From Octopus vulgaris (lineage: Eukaryota): 64,000 bases of DNA. The position numbers and the translations under genes are program-made. Positions 1 through 12,461 of the stretch are shown one piece after another. The stretch is taken from NCBI GenBank assembly GCA_951406725.2, contig OX597819.1:56172001-56236000 (forward strand), read 5' to 3'. Under the pieces are notes generated by a model that searched no databases, was not told where the DNA came from, and saw only the letters and a list, made by a program, of their open reading frames with translations. Each line of letters begins with the position of its first letter. Within the stretch, counting starts at the first letter, position 1.

Positions 1-473
1 ACACAGACATTCACATATGCACACCATTATTTGGTGCATTCTGAATTTCCGGTTTAATTAAAACTATTCAACATGTCAGCTAGAAATGAAAAGCTTCAAA
101 TATAGAACACCGGGCCGCGTAAATCACGCGAAAATAAATGAATAAATAAATAAATAGACGAAATGAATATATAAAATCAAATCAATAAATATATAAATAA
201 ATAATCATAAGATTGTGTATAAAAAATTATCAGTACAATTATTCCTGATTGTGATAGCTTATTAGAATATTGATTCATTTCTGACTAGGCCTAAAATGTC
301 CTGTATTTTAAATAAGCAGAAATGCGTTCATACGTTTCCCAAGTGTATTAAGCTTCGTAAGTGAAGTAATGTCTGCTTGTGATTAAAATCACACGTCGGT
401 TTTTATTTAACCAAAAGTATATCTCTTAATCGCTGTGAGTCGCTGCAAGGATAATACGAATACGATACAAATA

Positions 474-493
474 TTCTCTCTCTCTCTCTCTCA

Positions 494-528
<35 letters not shown>

Positions 529-646
529 GCACGCACACACACACACACGCACGCACACACACACATCACACACATTTATATGTGTGCATAACCCCCACCC
601 ACATAATATTTGTATATATGTATATTTGTATGTATGTATATTTATA

Positions 647-708
<62 letters not shown>

Positions 709-990
709 CGTATAAATATATTTATGTATGTATTTGCACATTTGTACTTTTATACATACATACACACACACACAAATATATATATATATATATATATATA
801 TGCACGTATAGAAACACTCACACACACACATAAGTAGATTTACATATATATATATATATAGATGTATACACGCATACACACATGCATACACAGAAACGTA
901 TATATATATATATATATATATGTATACACACATACACATACACACACACACACACACGCACACACACACACACACACACAAACACACACA
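474..990. repeat. Compound microsatellite block (CT)n-(CA)n-(TA)n; representative of dozens of such tracts in the window
   Basis: Directly visible dinucleotide runs; the overlapping ORFs are YI/HT/CV repeats. Confidence 0.95.
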
Positions 991-1212
991 TATCCGTTCT
1001 GCAGTGGAAGACAAGTTTGGGGGCAAGTCAATATCATGAACCTTATTACTTGAGTGGTGTATTATTTTGTCGACCCCTGAGCTAAGAGAGGTAAAGTTTG
1101 ACCTCAATGAAATTATTTGAACTCAGAGCGTAATGAGCTGGAGAAGGACAAGTAATCATGCTTTTCAACGTTCTAATGACTCAGTTTGCCACCCTATAAC
1201 AATGTCTGTCTG

Positions 1213-1310
<98 letters not shown>

Positions 1311-1942
1311 GACAGTAGACACAGGCATGACAGACTTATTTAAAGAATTCGTTTCACAATTAAAAGGTGGCTGTTTCAGCCATACTGCTTGGAATGTTTG
1401 GCAAATGTCTCTGTCGTAATCTTGGGTCGCTCCAAGTGCTGTGAGTGACAATGTGTTGATGGAAATTTTGTAGAATCCCCCGCCCCGACGGTCTGTACGG
1501 TAATTTAAAAGTTCAACTGTTGTACTCAGTGTCACGCAGAATCTATCTGGTAATTATGACAACGGCAAGATAATTCAATGAGTTGAACACCGCCTTGATT
1601 TCGGGAATAAATGCTTCGACATCAACACCAGTTGCTACGAGACGTTTGGGCGCCGCTTTTCTGGCAGCACTGATTCGATGCTGACTTATTTGACTTCAGA
1701 TGTTCTTTTTATGTTTCACTCGTTTTACTGTTTCTCTCGTTCTCTCCTTCCCTGATTTCCTCTCTCTACTTATGCATGGGCATATTTCTCTGTGGGTATG
1801 AGGAGAGAGAATATGTATATGATGCCAATCGTACTGAATCAATAAATTGTAAAAACCCTATCTCTCACTCCGTTATAACACTATACTTCTTCCACGTCTT
1901 CGCGTTGTTTTTTTTTCTCTTTGTGTTTTCATGTTTGGCTTA

Positions 1943-1995
<53 letters not shown>

Positions 1996-2440
1996 CTGTG
2001 CGCGGGATGTGAATGTTTGCTTTCAGCGCCAAAACAGTACTGTCGCTAAAACCAGCTGTCCAGTCAAGCGGCAGCGCACAACGTCTCATTTCGGACAGTT
2101 GAATCATAAATACACATACATTGATATACATATTTATCCTCATATTTGACATCAGTTGTTATCACTTACTTCCATTTATTATATTCCAATTAATACAAAT
2201 CTTATATATGATATCTGTTTCTCGAGGAACAATTTTCTCCCATTAATTGTTGTTAGTGAATGATAACAGGATTAAAAATGAAAATCAGATACGAACGTGT
2301 ATCGAGTTGTAGATGTTAGAAGCAGTCGTTGTGTTCCATTAAAACAACGTTCTTTGACTTAAAAAAATTTTCAATATTAGTTAATGGCAGAAATGTTTTG
2401 AATTTCCGAACCTTTAATCTCGACTGCTTTGTGGTTTTTA

Positions 2441-2500
<60 letters not shown>

Positions 2501-3192
2501 GCACACACACAAACACACACACACACGTACATATATGTATACATGGATATATGTGAAGGCAAGGTAGTTAGATAAAATAACAAATGTTTTATTGATGAAA
2601 AAATGCATATATATATTTTTGTGTATGTTCGTGCTATGAATGTATATATGTTTACATTTATGTATGTGTGCGTACGTATGTATGTGCGAATGTTGGCTGA
2701 AAAGTGGCTCAAAAAATTCATCACAGCAGATTTGACGTCATCATCACAGCGATACTGGTTCCCTGCCAAGTATTTTTTTTTCCAGTTGGGGAACAGATGA
2801 GAGTATGATGACGGCAAATGAGGAGAACAGGGAGGGTGATCAACCAATTCAAAGCCACAGTCACACACACAGAAGCTATTGAAACCTTTGACTTGTGTGC
2901 CGGAGCTGGGACCTGATAAAATATGGCTCCTTTCGTTGGTGTTTGGCCTTGATAGCCTTTCGTAACTCAGTAAGTTGGGAGAGCACTCATCATTGATGGT
3001 GTGGCCCTCCTGCATTCCAAGAAACTAAGGGCAACACCCTCACTGTAGATGAAATGACCCTGGCCTTCTTTGGAGCGGTTGAGGAGGGGTGTTTCAATTG
3101 CATGGATTGCCTCTTTTGTTTCTGGTTCAAAATGATGACGCATATTTTTGTTCTTTTGATAATGCTGGAGCGTCATCTCCGAAAGTAGCAAC

Positions 3193-3470
3193 TATTATTT
3201 ACATTATTTAGATTATTTACAATCACCGGATATTTGTCCTAATCTTGTTTGTTGTTAATAATATTAATAATAACATCGAAAATGATACCTTACGAATAAG
3301 AACTCAGGTTCGAAAATTCCCCCCAAGACACCTGAAAAAGGCTGGAGAGTATATCAGCCGAAACGTTGTGTTAGTAACAAACAAGATGAGGATAAATATC
3401 CGTCGAATATAAATAATGTAAATAATATAAATAATGCACATAATTACTCATCTCTTAAATATAGAACTGT
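3193..3470 (+). mobile_element. Non-coding 3' end (pLTR) of a Penelope-like element with hammerhead motif and 5' inverted fragment
   Basis: Homologous to 31035-31230, which follows a GIY-YIG C-terminus; 3195-3262 is an inverted partial copy; flanked by gtagcaac at 3185-3192 and 3469-3476. Confidence 0.8.
3327..3372 (+). ncRNA. Minimal type-I hammerhead ribozyme, core mutated (CTGAAAA)
   Basis: Stem I GACAC/GTGTT; stem II GGCTG/CAGCC; GAAA; palindromic ACGT stem III; GUU cleavage triplet. Confidence 0.65.
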
Positions 3471-3817
3471 AGCAACCATATAGGATTGAATGTCCTTGGG
3501 GATTAAACACTTTTTCCTGTAGATACTTGATAACACCACGATGCCGAATTTTGTACATATTCAAAAGAAGATGATACTAGTTTCTTTTGAAGGCTTTTTT
3601 GAACAGTCACAAGTCAGTTCACGCACCTGGAAAGAAACAATACAGTTATTAATAAGGAGAGATGAAATTAATGCTTGCAATATTTCACAGCTCTGACATC
3701 ATTCCTTGGTAGTCAGCCTATGAACATTTCAGCCTACCTTCGTATGTATGTATGTATGTATGTATGTATGTATGTATGTATGTATGTATGTATGTATGTA
3801 TATGTATGTATGTATGT

Positions 3818-3857
<40 letters not shown>

Positions 3858-3876
3858 AAGCAAGTGTGTATGTATG

Positions 3877-4186
3877 TATGTCATTATTCAATTTATTTCA
3901 AGATTTCTTGCCAATAGAGAATGAACCGGTTTCTAACCTAGATCCAAGGCTCCTTCATTGGAATTTCAACATCAACAGCAGGGTATTTTTGTATGTATGT
4001 ATGTATGTATGTATGTATGTATGTATGTATGTATGTATGTATGTATGTATGTATGTATGTATGTATGTATGTGTGTATGTATGCGCAGATTTGTATGTAT
4101 TCTTCTGCATATAGTTGCATATCTAGTCATACTCATATGTATTTAAACAATGGGAAGTATTACAAATTTTTACAGTTCCAGTGATC
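3877..4186 (-). mobile_element. 3' end of an R4/Dong-type (RLE) LINE embedded in (TATG)n
   Basis: Reverse complement matches 59904-60200 (ITGTVKIC coding end plus a 3' UTR with an internal TACA tract). Confidence 0.75.
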
Positions 4187-4822
4187 GATGCCCTTTATTT
4201 CAGAATGTAAATTAACAATGTATCGATCATTGTGACGTTTTAAAACAGCATCAAAAGTAAGGATATTTTCATCTAAAAAGATTTTGGCAGGTGGGTTCAT
4301 TGTGCTTCAGGTATCGCAACATATTTTTGCCCCCTTCATGCTTTTTGGCTTTCATTGCATAAGTCAATAATCGTCTCGGGGTCCTCACGTATGACCCCAA
4401 ATATAAATCAGTGTGTACAGCATTTCCGATGCTCTATGGATTAACTTTCATATCCGTGGACAGTTTTCTCATAAATGTTGTTCGGTCTTTCGAAATTTTG
4501 GCTTTGAGAGATTTAAGATATTGCATTATCCCGTCTTTTATTTATGTTTCCACTTCCTTCCTTTCTCTTGATGCCTCCAGTATCCAACATTCGGTTCTTA
4601 ACATTGCAGACAGTGCTTGCAGAGGCCCCAACAGTCTGAGCAATACGTCTATTTGAAACCCCAGCATGAAGCAAATCTGCAATGCGTTGCCTCTTGGCTT
4701 CCTAAGTGGACTTGTTAGATCATATACATCCACCCTGAAATAGAAAACAATATTTTAGTATTTACGCTTAAGAATATATGAAAAGGCTTCCGAAATATTC
4801 CAAGTTTTGCTTCCCCACCCTG
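4187..4822 (-). mobile_element. 5' half of a Tc1/mariner-superfamily transposon, probably maT/DD37D type, degenerate
   Basis: Minus strand EAKRQRIADLLHAGVSNRRIAQTVGASASTVCNVKNR..G.IKRKEGSG (HTH) and FLDENILTFDAVLKRHNDRYI (=FSDEKIFTVD..N..NDR); terminus TA|CAGGGTGGGGAAGCAAAA. Confidence 0.7.
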
Positions 4823-4872
<50 letters not shown>

Positions 4873-4893
4873 GACACACACACACGCACACAC

Positions 4894-4951
<58 letters not shown>

Positions 4952-5027
4952 GCATTTCAAAATGTAGCCACATGTAAATCGTTGGCGATTTTTTCCTCCG
5001 TTTTCCTTTTCTATTAGACTTTCCTCT

Positions 5028-5062
5028 GTTTCTGAAGAAGAGGTTTGCTCGAAACGTTAAAC
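5028..5062 (+). ncRNA. Minimal type-I hammerhead ribozyme in a PLE-type pLTR fragment (~4965-5100)
   Basis: Stem I GTTT/AAAC; core CTGAAGA; stem II GAG/CTC; GAAA; ACGT palindromic stem III; GUU. Confidence 0.7.
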
Positions 5063-5109
5063 CATCTTTCTTTCCTTACCTGAGCGTTTCAATCAGTGTT
5101 TTAACTGAC

Positions 5110-5660
5110 AGACTGAGGACTTTCTGTATCTGAGAGCAAAGATTGGGAACACAGAGGGTGATATAGTTGAGAGGAAGAGCAAAGCCTGGGCGGTATGCCA
5201 CAGTTTGAGATCTGTATGAAAGTCGGACCTTCGTAAAGACATGAAGACCCGTCTCTTCGTTGCTGCAGTGGAGTCTGTGCTGTTGTGCGAGTCTGTGATT
5301 CAGGCACTGACAAAGGAACTCATCTATATGGTGGATGGGTGCTACACGAGAATGCTGAGTATAGCTCTGAGCATTAATCATTATACACTGAGTATGAAGA
5401 ACTCAGAGCTGTACGAGAGTCTCCTAATATTAGCTCTAGAATAACAAGAGATTAAGGTTAGCTGGACATGCTAACCGTCTTTCAGAGTTGATATTGTACT
5501 TAGTGCTCCTCTGAGAGCCCTTTCGCGGACACACTAGAAGGGAGAGGCCGAAGTTGACATATATGTTGACGCCCTAAAGACAGACACTGGTTTCTGGGAG
5601 ACACAGGATATGGCAGTGTTGATGAGGGAAAAGACAGCTGGAGAGAACTCGTCCATAGAT
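5110..5660 (+). mobile_element. RTE-clade LINE ORF 3' fragment, degenerate
   Basis: KAWAVCHSL..MKTRLFVAAVESVLL..LTK....VDGCYTRML..AL; RLAGH; RRGRPKLTYVD..K.DTG, typical post-RT region of RTE/RTEX. Confidence 0.75.
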
Positions 5661-5984
5661 CTCGGGAATTTTACCCACCCTACATAGATATTCTCTATTT
5701 TGTCTTTTCCTTTTCTCTCTCGCATTCTCATGTCTCTTAGTTCCTCTTTATCTTTCAACATTCTTATAAAATGCTATGCTTCCTACCCAACTCATGACAT
5801 CAGTTCTCTGCAACATAATGCATAAGGTGTTCACTGACGATCCGTTGTTACTAAGCATCTAACTCTACTGGGTACATCCGACATAGAATTCCAAACAAGC
5901 ACAATAGTGAAATGTATAGAGGAACAAATAGTATAAAGTTGTGTTTATCGTAACTTCTGGTATATATATATATGTTTCTTCTGG

Positions 5985-6247
5985 TATATATAGGTTTCTT
6001 TGGCGTTTGGGTTCTCTACTTGGACGGGACGCCGGTCCGTCGCAGGTGAGCCGCAAGATGTAGGAGGAAAGAGTGAAAGAAAGTTGTGGCGAAAGAGTCA
6101 GCAGACGTTCGCCATTACCTTCTGCCGGAGCCGCGTGGAGCTTAGGTGTTTCGCTCATAAACACACATATCGCCAGGTATGAGATTGGAACCCGTGATCC
6201 CTCGACCGCGAGTCCGCTGCTCTAACCACTAGGCCATGAACCTCCAC
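5985..6247 (-). mobile_element. tRNA-derived SINE, family D (V-domain-like 3' part)
   Basis: Head gtggaggttcatggcctagtggttagagcagcggactcgcggtc with A/B boxes; ctgcgacggaccggcgtcccgtcca; homologous to 62802-63095. Confidence 0.8.
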
Positions 6248-6277
6248 GTAACTTCAGGTATATACATATATTTTACT

Positions 6278-6316
<39 letters not shown>

Positions 6317-6917
6317 GTGTGTGTGTGAGCCTGTATGGGTTGTGTATCGAAAACACCAGTGAAATTCCTTTTTAGCTCCCACTATTACTGTCAGCAATAC
6401 AATGAACGAGTGTTGGCAACCTGTAACGAATGTTACTATTGCTCACAAACTACATTATAGACAAAATAAAAAGAAGTGAAAGTGAGACACACAGATAATA
6501 AACAAAACACAATAAAGAAACAGCTCAAACTTCTGATTACAAGAGTAATACATCATGAATAATGCAAAAATGGAAAACACGTTTCACTATAAAATGGGCT
6601 TTTAATTACAAAGACTGTATACCATCGAGAAAAGTAAAGGAAATCAATGTAGCAATGTACGTAGATAAAATGAGAACCTATTCTTTTCCTTGAATGTAGT
6701 TTTAAGGATGACATGGCTTCGATTATTGAAATGAATGGAAATATTTAAATGTACCAAACTTGACATGCATACATACACACATACATACACACGCACATAC
6801 ATACATACATACATACATACATACATACATACATACATACATACATACATACATACATACATACATACATACGTATATAAAACTATATGCATATACTTAA
6901 CACACAACCACAGAAGT

Positions 6918-7082
6918 GCAGGTATGGCTCTGTAGTAAGTTGTTTGCTTTCCCACCTCATGGTACTGGTTCGGTCATGTTGCGTGCACCTTGGGCAAGTA
7001 TCTTCTACTACAGGCCCGGGACGACCAAAACCTTGCGAGTTGATTCGATAGATGGTAAATGAAAGAAACCCGTCGTATATAT
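6918..7082 (+). mobile_element. SINE family B, 5' half, degenerate
   Basis: ccttgggcaagtatcttctactacaggcccggg...gaaagaaacccgtcgtata matches 34940-35346. Confidence 0.75.
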
Positions 7083-7103
7083 ATATATATAATAATGATA
7101 ATA

Positions 7104-7162
<59 letters not shown>

Positions 7163-7427
7163 AACTATAATAATAATAACAATAATAATAATAATAATAA
7201 TGATCCTAGGATGGAGTTATAAATATTTGATGCATCACTATGCGCGTTTCCACAAATCTCATTTCCGTATTCCTGGAATGGTTGCACTGTAGTCCGTAGT
7301 ATCCGTGGGCATATGTTTATATTGCCCATCTCGTTTCTCTGTTTCTTTCGTTGTTCGAAAAAAAGTTCGTTTTCCATGCTTTTGTTTTTTATGTTCTCGT
7401 TTCTCATTTTGTTCTCATTTTTGTGAT

Positions 7428-7717
7428 GGCGCCTGGCTCAGGGGTTAGAGCGTCGAGCTTACGATCGTGAGGTTGTGAGTTCGAATTCCGGACCGGCCTG
7501 CGTGTTGTGTTCTTGAGCTAGACACTTTATTTCACATTGCTCCAGTTTAGTCAGCCAAGTTGTATCTTTCCTTTGGATAACACTGGTGGCGTGGAGAGGG
7601 GAGGCCGGTATGCATGGGCGACTGCTGGTCTTCCATAAATAACCTTGCCCGGACTTGTGCCTGGGAGGGAAACTTTCTAGGTGCAATCCAATGGTGAGTT
7701 ATGACCGAAGGGGTCTC
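7428..7717 (+). mobile_element. tRNA-derived SINE, family C
   Basis: A box tggctcaggggttag, B box gagttcgaattcc, then gtgttcttgagctagacacttt; head shared with 31425-31740. Confidence 0.75.
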
Positions 7718-7930
7718 AGCATCTCATTTTGTTCATGTTTTTTATTTTGACACTCTGTACACATATATGCATGTATATATACATATATATGTAGGCATGT
7801 ACATGTCTGTGTGCATATATGCATATATATACTATTTATATTATATATGTATACATACATATATATACATATATATATACATACATACATACATATACAT
7901 ATATATATACATACATACATATACATATAT

Positions 7931-7969
<39 letters not shown>

Positions 7970-8173
7970 CAAATATATATGTGTGTGAGTGTATACTTAT
8001 ATATGTAGGCCAGCAGGTTTGGACTCCGATGATACGCCGTAAGGCCAAACCCTTTTTGGACGGGAAACCTAGGGTAACCTCGCAAACCGGCCTCTCCCAT
8101 TATAATATTAAGTGTTCTACCTATTAAAGTGTACTTGTTCTCCTGATTTTTTCCTACAAATGATACACACACA

Positions 8174-8230
<57 letters not shown>

Positions 8231-8762
8231 ACACATATATATCGTTTATCTTTTACCGGTTTCAGTCATCGGTCATCGGACATGAGGCATTTGCTTTCAT
8301 GTCAAGTTATTATACGAAAAATAATTTAGATTTAAACTGGAGTATTCAATGTATTTTAGAAGAGTACATGTTAATTAAATTATTACATGGAAACGGATGA
8401 CAGTGACTTTAAAATGTAATAAGTGTGTATGAGTGTTTAGATACCTATAATTTACGATTCATTAGAATCTTGGCGTAGTTTCGAAATGAATCTAGATATC
8501 AATCTAATTTTCCCTTTTATTTTGCCGCTTATAATACCTCTTTTTTACTGAGAATTTGATGAATGTTGACACTCTTTGATTGAGTAGTTACAAAGGAAAA
8601 TTGCTACTCCACCCTTTTCGAAAATAAACAAACAACTAATAGAAACTGGGTTAACTAAGATAATGAAACACGTCCATCCGCACGATGCAAATCCTGGTGT
8701 CATTTTTTTGACCCGCTGATCTATCAAAATATACTTCGCATTTTAGTCAATGTTACAAAATA

Positions 8763-9317
8763 TTGGGTTGTCCGGAAAGTTCGTGCCGATTTATAGTAGC
8801 TTATCTTTCGACTTATTTTAGAACATAGTGGAATCCATAAAATAGGATTTGACTACACCTTCATTTAGAGCTATCTTTTCGTGGAAAAAGGTTTATATTC
8901 TTATAACCTGTGTTAATTCTGTAACCCTTTAAAATGGAAGATCAGAAAGTTCATTTTCGGCACTTGATGCTTTGGAAACCAGACAAAAATTGCTGCAGCT
9001 CGGCTGGGATGTGTTACCCCACCCTCTATATTAACCAGATATTGCTCGTTCGGATTTCCATTTATTCAGGTCTCTGCAGAATAGTCTTAATGGTAAACAT
9101 TTCAATTCCTTAGATGACTTAAAAAGATACCTTGATGAATTCATTGCCATGAAACCACCTCAATCCTGGGATGAGGGTATTTTCAAGTTAAAGGGAAGAT
9201 GGAGACGCATTGTGCAACAAAATTGTTCATATTTGGCTGATTAAGAATGTAATGGGGAGTATTTATTGACCTTTTTCTTTCATTTAAAAATCGGAACGAA
9301 CTTTCCGGACAACCCAA
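8763..9317 (+). mobile_element. Non-autonomous mariner (internal-deletion derivative) with intact ~30-bp TIRs and TA target duplication
   Basis: TIRs ttgggttgtccggaaagttcgtgccgattt / aaatcggaacgaactttccggacaacccaa; MEDQKVHFRHLMLW fused to LGWDVLPHPLY*PDIARSDFHLFRSLQN...GIFKLKGRW. Confidence 0.92.
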
Positions 9318-9779
9318 TATATGATTTCAGCTCTAACAAGATACTGGTTCTCTTTGATGTATATGCTTTGAAATGGTTAATAATTCATTGGAAATACATA
9401 ACATATTTGCAAGTATTACAAAAATGCCTGATTTTGTGCATTTACCAACAACACAGTTTTGATTTCAGGTGTATTTGTTTAGCGTTTGAAGATCCAATTA
9501 TTGCAATTAAATTTACCTAATAACAAACATGTAAGGGGTCGTGCTCAGATTTTGATAACCTCTTCTAATTGCCTTTCTTCATTTATGCCGCAAGTGCCAT
9601 TTAAAAAAAATGAGAATTACCAAATCTTGTACCTTTTTGCTACAACCTCATAAAAAAACACCTGAACTATTATGTAGTAAAGAAAAACAACAATCTCATT
9701 TGCATATCGGTCATTCTAATTTCAGTGAGATGTGTTACTGTCAAGTTTCATCTAGTTCTTTCAGAATAAAATGGGAAAT

Positions 9780-10250
9780 TGGTCTAGGTGAAAACCGAAA
9801 CCATGCCGTGAGTACATCAAATGGATCACAAATATAATTCTTGGAAGAATTAGAGCAATCACAAATGAAGAAATCATTTTCATAGCGAGGGAAGCTCTGG
9901 AACAGGATAATACTGGAAGTATTTCTGGAAACTACAAAGTGGTCTGCAGACCATTTTATTTAAGGAAAACTAAATCAAGTAATGATAAGACATAGGATGA
10001 GGCTTGTAGATCATGTGACACAAATCAAGGGATTAAACGAAAAGAAACTAGTGTGTGAGAGGCACTGTCAAATTAATCTGATATAACTTGATACGATAAT
10101 AGTTTATCGTCATAAATTCAGTATCATAGACTAAATAGCAGAACGAATGGATATCTCATGGGGATGATACAGTTAAAGCTATGAAATTAAGACATTGTAG
10201 CATTCGGAGAAACAAACGAAAGCGTTTGAGCTAGTAATTAATTGTGAATT
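9780..10250 (+). pseudogene. Possible highly decayed LINE reverse-transcriptase fragment
   Basis: Faint KAxGxDxxxxYFWK-like and downstream RT-like wording, broken by many frameshifts. Confidence 0.25.
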
Positions 10251-11204
10251 CTCAAGGTGACAATTAGCAGAACACAGAATACTACCATTAAATAGAAAGA
10301 AGAAACTATTTCCTTTTGAATCCACTGTGCGGTATTTTGTTCTCCCTTAGCAAACTTAAGTGTTACGCATTGACGCCATGTTGATATTTGCCGGAAGTGC
10401 ATCAAATGTTCGCTCTAGAGGTGGTTACTAATTATATGCAAATTGTCTCTTGCGGACTGTAAACATATCGAAATGAAATTTTTCAGGATTGTTGCTGTTA
10501 TATTAAGCTAATAATATGTAGAAAGTAGTCGTTAAGCAGAATCCTGTGGCTTTGTACATGAAAAGCAAGATCCCCACTAAATATATAAAAAGAAAAACAA
10601 ACAAAAAACGAAGTATAATTAAAAAGGAAACAAACTTCCCAATAATTCGAAAGAACGAATTAGTTCATTAACTGAAATATTGGTTATTGACATTACTATG
10701 CAATGATGAGGCCTCATGTGGTGTGTGTGTAGGATGCAATTAGGGAATTCTTGGTATTAGATGACTGTCTGTTGTCAGAGGAGTGATGTCAGAAGATATC
10801 AAAAATTTGCGATGCATCGTCAATAACTGATGACCCTGTTATTTTGTAAATGATGTATGCATTATTAAAACAGTAAATAAAGGCGGCGAGTGGGAAGAAC
10901 TGTTAATGCGTCGGAGAAAGTGCTTCTTGGGATTTTGAGTTCCAATTCTGCTGAGGTTAAGTTTATCTTTCATCCTTCCGGTGTCAATGAATAGAGTTCC
11001 AGTCAAATACTGTTACCGATAGTATAAGATAATCCCTCGTCTCAAAATTACTAGTTGTACCTAAATTAGAAGCAATTTTAAAACAGTAAGAATGTTAAAT
11101 TCTTAATCTAAAACTGAATTCATCTTTTTAGGGTCTATAAAATAAGCACCCGTCAAGCACTGGGGTTGATGTAGTCGTCTGGTCTCTTTCTCCCAAATTT
11201 CAGA

Positions 11205-11470
11205 CTTTACGTTCTGAGTTCAAATTCCGCCGAGGTCGACTTTACCTTTCATCCTTTCGGGGTCGATAATTAAGAACCAGTTGTTCTGAAATTTTTGGGG
11301 TGGGGCCCAGTCGATTAGATCGACCCCAGTAGGCAACTGGTTCTTAATTTATCGACCCCGAAAGGATGAAAGGTAAAGTCGACCTCGGCGGAATTTGAAC
11401 TCAGAATGTAAAGATAGACGCCATGCTGCTAAGCATTTCGCCCGGCGTGCTAACGTTTCTGCCAGCTCAC
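11205..11470. mobile_element. SINE family A (minus, 11287-11470) with a local inverted duplicate (plus, 11205-11283)
   Basis: Core gttctgagttcaaattccgccgaggtcgacttt(a/g)cctttcatcctttcggggtcgataa in both orientations. Confidence 0.9.
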
Positions 11471-11487
11471 CACCATCGCAGCAAGAA

Positions 11488-11691
11488 TTATTATAATGTG
11501 CATGGTTTGTTTAGAGCCAATCCCGCTCTCTCGTCCTTCAAACGAGTATTGGTCTGGTGCAATATGTGCCATCCGCCCAATAGTTATCAGACTTCAGTAT
11601 TTGTAATGAGTTGTCTTCTCTTAGATGACAACTCAGTACAAAGAGTTGAAGTGACTCATCTGCTCTCAGTCCGTTGGGTTGCCTTGGAGTG
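11488..11691 (-). repeat. Unclassified ~200-bp dispersed repeat, copy 1
   Basis: Reverse complement aligns along its whole length with 14023-14220. Confidence 0.85.
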
Positions 11692-12461
11692 ACCTTATCC
11701 TCTGAGGCTCTGGAGAAATATTGTCGATAAAATAAGCAATAGTCAAATTACTGAAGATGTCTTGAATAAAATGAAACTACTATTCGATTTATTAACCATC
11801 GAGTAATCATCTCTTAAATTGCACCAAATCTCTAACACGTCTCACCCTACTGTTTTAAAATGACAGACAAAGCAGATGTAGTTCTAGACTCCATTATGTC
11901 TGGACAGAAAAAGAAACTAATCACAGCTGTTGCACCGTCAGTCATAGGTCTTTTAGATCAGGGCTGAACCAGAGTTGAACAAAGAAAACAATCCCAAATA
12001 ACAAGAATATAGATTTCCGTCAATGTAAGTTATCTTAAATAATTCCTTTTTTTATTTACAACTCTTCTTTGTTTTGCATGTAAACTGTCCATTATTTCTT
12101 GGTGATTAAAATTATGAATACTACTATCATATTACCGTTTACTGCGTCACCTACAGTATTTGGATTGTGTGTTATTGATAAACAGCTGGTGTTTTTTTTT
12201 TCTTTTATATTACTGAGAGTTTTATTACTGTTTCTATGCGTTTCAGTATTATTAATTTAATTTAGAATATATATTTATTATTTTGCAGTTGACAAGTCCA
12301 AATTAATTTTAATTGATAAGAAATAACATTGTATACTTCGAAGTGTTGCTGCTTTCTTTCATTTAATATTAAATATCCATGTACCATGGATGTCAATAAG
12401 ATCTTCGTCACTAAAAATATATTTCTGTGTCCTCTTAGAATGTATGTGATATCATTTTTCT

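Larger units (their letters stand above)
2687..3742 (-). mobile_element. Degenerate, internally deleted mariner (Tc1/mariner) transposon, interrupted by a PLE-derived insert at ~3193-3470
   Basis: Minus-strand N-terminus MYKIRHRGVIKYL...PKDI..YMVATFGDDAP; HHFEPETK; HPPCSPHLPSSYSHLFP (=HPPYSPDLAPSDFHLF). Imperfect TIRs cgaatgttggctgaaaagt (2687-2705) and acatttcagcctaccttcg (to 3742) followed by TA. Confidence 0.85.

Noticed and set aside
403-1107. Long ORFs of YI/CV/HT/YLSI/MYVC repeats here and throughout (e.g. 7699-8232, 25835-26509, 52707-53000)
   Set aside because: Translations of microsatellites, which lack stop codons in several frames; no protein motifs
1320-1710. Unique, GC-richer stretch as a possible host exon
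   Set aside because: Short frames with stops, no recognisable motif and no clear splice-site pair
7059-7292. Poly-Met/poly-Ile ORF
   Set aside because: (ATG)n and (ATA)n trinucleotide microsatellite
10700-10832. Box C/D snoRNA (ATGATGA ... CTGA)
   Set aside because: No convincing terminal stem or recognisable guide; such words are common in AT-rich DNA
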